Origin: Akkermansiaceae bacterium
GTDB taxonomy: Bacteria > Verrucomicrobiota > Verrucomicrobiia > Verrucomicrobiales > Akkermansiaceae
Direction of reading: 5' to 3'
Length of the DNA: 64,000 nucleotides
Assembly (NCBI GenBank): GCA_051251915.1
Contig: JBPOGF010000010.1
Location: 64,001-128,000, forward strand
The notes beneath the pieces are model-generated. The model saw only the letters and a program-made list of their open reading frames with translations. It was not told where the DNA came from and did not search any database. The position numbers were made by a program, and so were the translations under genes. This document shows positions 58,969 through 64,000 of the stretch, one piece after another; the stretch's first letter is position 1; each line of letters begins with the position of its first letter.

Positions 58969-59766
58969 ATGAGATTAATGAAATTTAAACGACTATTTAT
59001 TGTGATGTTATCCGCTACGGCTTTTTGTTCTGCGGAGGAGGGTAAGCCAGTTGAAGCGCCGAAGAAAACCGTGCTGATTACAGGGGCGAACAGGGGACTG
59101 GGATTAGAGCTTAGTAAGCAGTTTGCTGCGGAGAATTATCATGTGATTGGCACAGCGCGGTCACCTGAGAAGGCGACGGATCTTAAAGAAGTGGCTGATG
59201 AGGTGTTGGCTCTGGATGTAACTTCTGATGAGAGCATTAAGGGGTTGTCTAAGGCGCTGAATGGGCAACCGATAGATATTTTGGTACATAATGCGGGGTA
59301 TTTTGGTCCTACTAAGGGGCTAGGGCCGGGGAATGAGAAGTCGGCTAGTTTGGCTACGCTCACACGTAGTGAGGTGCTGGATTGTTTTGCGGTGAACTCA
59401 GCGGGGCCAATTTTTGTGACTCAGGGGTTATTACCAAATTTGAATGCGTCTAAGCAGGCTAAGGTGATTGTTATTTCCAGTAGGAGTGGGATCATCAATC
59501 AGGCAAGAGGTGCTGGTGCTTATGGTTACCGTATTAGTAAAACAGGTGCTAACCGTGCTGTAAGAATTATGTCAGTGGATAAGGCTTTGAAGGGGGCCAT
59601 TGTGGTGGCTGTAGCGCCTGGTCATAACCAGACGGATATGGGCGGGACTAAAGCGAAACTTACCCCTGAGGTGAGCATGGCGGCTGTGAAGAAGTTGATT
59701 ACTGAGTTCACTAAGAAGGAAAATGGGAAGTTCATCTATTACGATGGGAAAGAACTTCCTTGGTAA
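58969..59766 (+). CDS. SDR oxidoreductase (CsgA/C-factor-like) with N-terminal signal-like peptide; start 58969 or 58978
   Basis: TGANRGLG, HNAG, YRISK; TGCTATAAT extended -10 at 58953-58961. Confidence 0.88.
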   Translation: MRLMKFKRLFIVMLSATAFCSAEEGKPVEAPKKTVLITGANRGLGLELSKQFAAENYHVIGTARSPEKATDLKEVADEVLALDVTSDESIKGLSKALNGQPIDILVHNAGYFGPTKGLGPGNEKSASLATLTRSEVLDCFAVNSAGPIFVTQGLLPNLNASKQAKVIVISSRSGIINQARGAGAYGYRISKTGANRAVRIMSVDKALKGAIVVAVAPGHNQTDMGGTKAKLTPEVSMAAVKKLITEFTKKENGKFIYYDGKELPW

Positions 59767-59827
59767 TCAACTGGAGGTAAGTTTTAAGTCTAGGGGTAAG
59801 CTTTTTATTGAGCTTACCCTTATTTTT

Positions 59828-60073
59828 TTATTTTTTGTCCTCGGCAACTTTGACGCGGATGCGGCTGTTGGCGACATTTCTGTCGTTGAGTTTTTTGATG
59901 GCGAAGCGGGCGTTTTTCTCGACGGGCATTTCTGCGAAGCCGAAGCCTTTTGATTTGCCGGTGACTTTGTCTAGGACGAGGTCGCAGCTGGTTACTTCTC
60001 CGAATTCTTCGAAGAGGGCGCGGAGTTGTGGTTCTGTGGTTTCACGGGCGAGGTTTCTGATGATGATTTTCAT
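59828..60073 (-). CDS. RRM (RNP-1) RNA-binding protein
   Basis: IIIRNL (RNP2) and KGFGFAEM (RNP1). Confidence 0.93.
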   Translation of the reverse strand: MKIIIRNLARETTEPQLRALFEEFGEVTSCDLVLDKVTGKSKGFGFAEMPVEKNARFAIKKLNDRNVANSRIRVKVAEDKK

Positions 60074-60120
60074 AAGGATAGGATAAAGGTAAAAGTTGAA
60101 AGGATAAAGGAGGAAGTAAA

Positions 60121-60150
60121 AAGCCGTTTTGGATTACTCCAAAACGGCTT
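60121..60150 (-). terminator. Intrinsic terminator of fusA
   Basis: AAGCCGTTTTGGA-ttac-TCCAAAACGGCTT. Confidence 0.85.
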
Positions 60151-60176
60151 GGTGAATTTTAAGTTATCAGTTTAGC

Positions 60177-62261
60177 TTACTTAGCGGCTTCGCGCTCAGC
60201 AGCTTCTTTGATGACACGCTCGGCGATGTTCTTAGGACATGCTGCGTAGTGTGCGAACTCCATGGAGAACTGTCCACGACCTGATGTCATTGTTCTAAGG
60301 TCACCGATGTAACCGAACATCTCAGAGAGGGCTGCTTCTGCTTTGATGCGAACACCAGTAGCAGTAGTCTCTTGAGCTTGGATCATTCCTCTACGACGGT
60401 TAAGGTCACCGATGACGTCACCGACGTGATCTTCTGGAGTGAATACATCAAGCTTCATGATAGGCTCAAGGATCTGTGGTCCAGCTTTAGGGATGGTCTG
60501 GCGGTAACCGCCGCGAGCTGCGATCTCGAACGCTACAGCGGAGGAGTCAACTGCGTGTTGGCCACCGTCTGTGAGTGTGACTTTAACGTCAAGGAGTGGG
60601 TATCCAGCGAGGACACCTTTGACCATTGAAGTTTCGAAACCTTTCTTAATTGCTGGCCAGAATTCCTTAGGAACACTTCCACCAACTACTGTTGATTCGA
60701 ATTCGAAGCCTGAGTTTTGCTCGCCTGGCTCGATGGTGTAGTCGATCTTACCATACTGACCAGAACCACCTGACTGTTTCTTGTGAGTGTAGCTGTCTTC
60801 AACACGCTGAGTGATTGTTTCTCTGTAAGCTACCTGTGGAGCACCAACGGTTACTTCTACACCGTGAGTTCTCTTGAGGATGTCTACTTTGATGTCGAGG
60901 TGAAGCTCACCCATTCCTTTGAGGATAGTCTCGCCTGAGTCTTCGTCAGTCTCAACGATGAATGTAGGATCTTCTTTCACCATTTTACCGATGGCTGTGC
61001 CAAGTTTCTCAGCATTTGCTTTATCGATAGGAGCAACGGCGATGGAGATAACTGGATCTGGGAATACCATTGGCTCGAGTGTTGCAGGGTGCTTAGGATC
61101 ACAGAGTGTGTGACCTGTTTGTGTGTTCTTAAGGCCTACGAGTGCGATGATGTCACCAGCTTGTGCTGAGTCTAGCTCGATACGGTCATCAGCGTGCATC
61201 TCTACGAGACGTCCAACACGCTCAGTTTTACCTGTGAATGTGTTGAGGATGGTGTCTCCTTTGTTGAGTGTTCCTGAGTAGATACGTGTGAATGTGAGTG
61301 CTCCGTATTTGTCATCCATGATTTTGAATGCAAGTGCGCGGAGTGGCTTGTTGACGTCAACGATGGCGAATTCGCCAGTTTCGTTACCTTCTTCGTCTAC
61401 TTCCGGCTGAGCTGGAACTTCAGTAGGTGATGGTAGGAAGTCTACAACTGCGTTGAGGACGTTCTGGATACCTTTATTTTTGAATGCAGATCCACAGTAT
61501 GTAGGGAAGAATGCGAGGTCGATTGTTCCTTTACGGATGCACTTTTTGAGGTCGTCCATTGATGGCTCGTTGCCTTCAAGGTATTCCATCATAAGGTCGT
61601 CGTCTTGCTCTACAGCAGTTTCGATGAGTTCTGCGCGGTATTCATTACATTGGTCCACCATGTCAGCAGGGATGTCTTCGATTACGTAGTTCTCAGGGAG
61701 ACCTGAGTCATCCCATACCCATGCTTTCATAGTGAGGAGGTCAACGACACCTTTGAGGTCGTTTTCAGCTCCGATAGGGAGAACCATGATGAGTGGCTTA
61801 GCAGCGAGGATTTCCTTGATCTGCTTGACGACTCCGAGGAAGCTAGCTCCAACACGGTCCATTTTGTTGATGAAGATAACACGAGCAACTTTAGATTCGT
61901 TTGCGTAACGCCAGTTAGTCTCTGACTGAGGCTCAACACCACCAGAAGCACAGAATACACCTACACCACCGTCGAGAACCTTGAGTGAACGGTAAACTTC
62001 AACGGTGAAGTCAACGTGTCCAGGAGTATCGATGATGTTGAAACGGTGACCGTCCCAGAAACATGATGTGGCAGCAGACTGGATAGTGATTCCACGCTCT
62101 TGCTCTTGTTCCATGAAGTCAGTAGTTGCTTCACCATCGTGAACTTCCCCTGTTTTATGCACCTTACCGGTGAGTTTGAGGATACGCTCTGTGGTAGTAG
62201 TCTTACCCGCGTCAACGTGGGCGAAGATTCCGATGTTTCTGTATTTGCTGAGGTCAGACAT
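60177..62261 (-). CDS. fusA: Elongation factor G
   Basis: [58 protein letters not shown]. Confidence 0.97.
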   Translation of the reverse strand: MSDLSKYRNIGIFAHVDAGKTTTTERILKLTGKVHKTGEVHDGEATTDFMEQEQERGITIQSAATSCFWDGHRFNIIDTPGHVDFTVEVYRSLKVLDGGVGVFCASGGVEPQSETNWRYANESKVARVIFINKMDRVGASFLGVVKQIKEILAAKPLIMVLPIGAENDLKGVVDLLTMKAWVWDDSGLPENYVIEDIPADMVDQCNEYRAELIETAVEQDDDLMMEYLEGNEPSMDDLKKCIRKGTIDLAFFPTYCGSAFKNKGIQNVLNAVVDFLPSPTEVPAQPEVDEEGNETGEFAIVDVNKPLRALAFKIMDDKYGALTFTRIYSGTLNKGDTILNTFTGKTERVGRLVEMHADDRIELDSAQAGDIIALVGLKNTQTGHTLCDPKHPATLEPMVFPDPVISIAVAPIDKANAEKLGTAIGKMVKEDPTFIVETDEDSGETILKGMGELHLDIKVDILKRTHGVEVTVGAPQVAYRETITQRVEDSYTHKKQSGGSGQYGKIDYTIEPGEQNSGFEFESTVVGGSVPKEFWPAIKKGFETSMVKGVLAGYPLLDVKVTLTDGGQHAVDSSAVAFEIAARGGYRQTIPKAGPQILEPIMKLDVFTPEDHVGDVIGDLNRRRGMIQAQETTATGVRIKAEAALSEMFGYIGDLRTMTSGRGQFSMEFAHYAACPKNIAERVIKEAAEREAAK

Positions 62262-62420
62262 AATAATTTGCTTTAATGTTTAGGTGCTAAATTGACTTTG
62301 AGTCGATTTAGACGTAAATGATGCGGGTCAATACAAGGGAAATTGACATTTGGCAATGCTTCTATTTATTTTTTTCTAAATAGTTGCTTATTTGTGTCTT
62401 ATCTTGGTGGACTTACAGCA

Positions 62421-62465
62421 TTTGGACAGTGGTTCTGTGAGGTATACTCAGAACCACTGTTCAAA
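62421..62465 (-). terminator. Hairpin after the HAD gene
   Basis: TTTGGACAGTGGTTCTG...CAGAACCACTGTTCAAA. Confidence 0.6.
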
Positions 62466-62488
62466 TGATGTTATGGAGCTTAGGAAGC

Positions 62489-63310
62489 TTAGGAAGCTTG
62501 CTCGTAGATGGCGGTTTCTTGTTTGATGTAGAAATCTTCTGGGATTTCGTTGAGACAGTTGGCTATGATGTCTGGTTGGTAGGCGTAGTGGCTTAGGTCC
62601 TGGCGGGTAGTGTGACCGCTGAGGACTAGTACCGATCGGTAGCCCATTTCTACGGCACCTAGGATGTCTGTGTACATGGTGTCACCGACCATGATGGTCT
62701 CATCTGTGCTTAGGTTTAGTGTTTTGCGAGCCATACGCATCATGATGGGTGATGGCTTGCCGACGGAGAATGCTTTTTTACCGGTGGCGGACTCGATCAT
62801 GGCTACGATGGCGCCGCAACCTGGACGGATGCCGTTGTCGGTAGGGCAGGTGGTGTCTAGGTTGGTGGCGATGAGGGCAGCACCGTTGTGGACGAGTCTG
62901 ACAGCTTTTTCGATGTTTTCGAAGTTGATGGTTCTGCCTTCACCTACGACTACGTAGTCAGCTTGGTCATCGACTACGGTGATGTTGTTCTGGTGGAGAG
63001 CTGCTGCGAGTCCATTTTCACCGATGACGAATGCGGTGGCGTTTGGTTTCTTGTCTGCGATGAACCTTGCTGTGGCGATGCCGCAGGTGAGGATCTGGTT
63101 AGGGGTGGCAGCTATCCCGAGGCGGCCGATTTTGAGAGCGAGGTCTCTGCGGGTTCTTTGTGAGTTGTTAGTGAGGAAAAGGTATGGAATTCCGTATTTG
63201 TTTAATTTACTGAGAAACTCGATGGTTCCGGGGATGAGTTCTTTACCTTTATAGATGACTCCGTCCATATCTAGGAGAAAGCCTACTTTTTTAATTGATT
63301 GTGCATTCAT
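62489..63310 (-). CDS. HAD-IIA family phosphatase, NagD-like
   Basis: LLDMDGV, LTNNS, GKPS, MVGDTMYTDI. Confidence 0.92.
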   Translation of the reverse strand: MNAQSIKKVGFLLDMDGVIYKGKELIPGTIEFLSKLNKYGIPYLFLTNNSQRTRRDLALKIGRLGIAATPNQILTCGIATARFIADKKPNATAFVIGENGLAAALHQNNITVVDDQADYVVVGEGRTINFENIEKAVRLVHNGAALIATNLDTTCPTDNGIRPGCGAIVAMIESATGKKAFSVGKPSPIMMRMARKTLNLSTDETIMVGDTMYTDILGAVEMGYRSVLVLSGHTTRQDLSHYAYQPDIIANCLNEIPEDFYIKQETAIYEQAS

Positions 63311-63325
63311 GGTAATTTTTTTTGG

Positions 63326-63341
63326 AGCAGTCCATGTGCCA
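63326..63341 (-). promoter_or_regulatory. Putative sigma54 (-24/-12) promoter of the HAD gene
   Basis: Minus strand TGGCAC-ATGGA-CTGCT, 15 nt upstream of the ATG. Confidence 0.6.
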
Positions 63342-63607
63342 CAAATGGAAGATGAGGGGAGGAAAGGAACCGCGTTTTACGGTGTATAGGATGGGTGGTT
63401 TGATTTAATTTGGATCGGCTCCTTTCCTAGGGGCTATTGAGAAATCCGTGTAATCTTAACTATGAGGTTGGCTCATTTTAGGGTGGTTTCTTGCTGCTTT
63501 GATGGGAGTGGGTGTAGGAGGTGTTGTGGTTATTGTTGGTTTAAATTTTGAGGTTATGGGGTGGTTTAAGGTTGTGATGCGAGGTTTAGAAATGTAATTA
63601 GAGGGAT

Positions 63608-64000
63608 ATGAAAACTCAAATTAAACGATCTGGCCTGCTTACGGTGACATTTTTGGCAATGACTACAGCAATGAGTCAGGCGCAGGGGGAGACTTTGAAT
63701 GAGATTGAGAAGAAGCAATTGATTGAGAGGCTTGCGGAGATTAGGGAGGCGGCGGAGAAGTCATCTAAGGATAGGTTTGCGGTGGCGCTTATGGCATTTC
63801 GTGATGCGATCAAGAGTGATGCGTCTGCGCATGATTTGTATTTGAAGTGTGTGGAGAAGGCGGATTTTGAAGATCAGAAGAAGTCATCGCAAGATTTCAG
63901 GGACTGGAAGCGCAAGCATAAGGAGAGGAGGGATACAGCGGAGTTTCGCCGTGCTTTGCGTCATCAGTTGAACTGGTTGTTGCTGAGTATAGAGGCGTCT
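63608..64000 (+). CDS. Secreted helical hypothetical protein, 3' end outside the window
   Basis: Open frame from ATG 63608 to the window end: MKTQIKRSGLLTVTFLAMTTAMSQAQGETLNEIEKK... Confidence 0.8.
   Translation, partial: MKTQIKRSGLLTVTFLAMTTAMSQAQGETLNEIEKKQLIERLAEIREAAEKSSKDRFAVALMAFRDAIKSDASAHDLYLKCVEKADFEDQKKSSQDFRDWKRKHKERRDTAEFRRALRHQLNWLLLSIEAS

Noticed and set aside
158..63254. Many 60-166 aa ORFs in the track (e.g. 158-451, 1696-2196, 29114-29581, 32110-32583, 53426-53887, 57710-58111)
   Set aside because: They lie antisense or out of frame within well-supported genes and show no recognisable motifs, so they are shadow ORFs.
1..64000. CRISPR array, tRNA/rRNA, transposase or integrase
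   Set aside because: No regularly spaced repeats, RNA-gene signatures or recombinase motifs were seen by eye. A covariance-model search was not possible.

Overview
Most likely a marine Verrucomicrobiota (Verrucomicrobiales-like) chromosome segment, judged from the PEP-CTERM proteins, Verru_Chthon-cassette-A-like proteins, a PVC-type CxxCH protein and AT-rich leaders without Shine-Dalgarno sites. Bases 1 to about 55.9 kb form a large sulfated-polysaccharide degradation island. It holds 11 secreted Cys-type sulfatases (one cut by the window edge), 4 sulfatase remnants, a GH29 alpha-L-fucosidase, a GH28-like enzyme, a beta-helix protein, SGNH/GDSL esterases and a DUF1080/heme-c multidomain protein. 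No SusC/SusD or other TonB-dependent transporter is recognisable. The island is instead built from four repeated regulatory modules. In each, a surface-sensing regulator (one ECF sigma/FecR pair, three NarL-type two-component systems) is placed next to a PEP-CTERM gene that leads the enzyme genes. Two modules also carry a giant PilX/GspK-like pilin gene and a conserved ~230-aa companion, in the order pilin-like, companion, PEP-CTERM, enzymes. Candidate cis-elements are readable in the DNA: a 4-copy ECF promoter (GGCwGr-N14/15-GGATAAG) and 7-2-7 operators abutting -35 boxes. In both full modules the pilin-like gene and the PEP-CTERM gene share the same promoter motif. The last 8 kb is housekeeping-like: a MocR regulator with a divergent unannotated 47-aa ORF, a fifth PEP-CTERM gene, an SDR, an RRM protein, a stand-alone EF-G and a NagD-like HAD phosphatase. 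No rRNA, tRNA, CRISPR array or transposase was seen.
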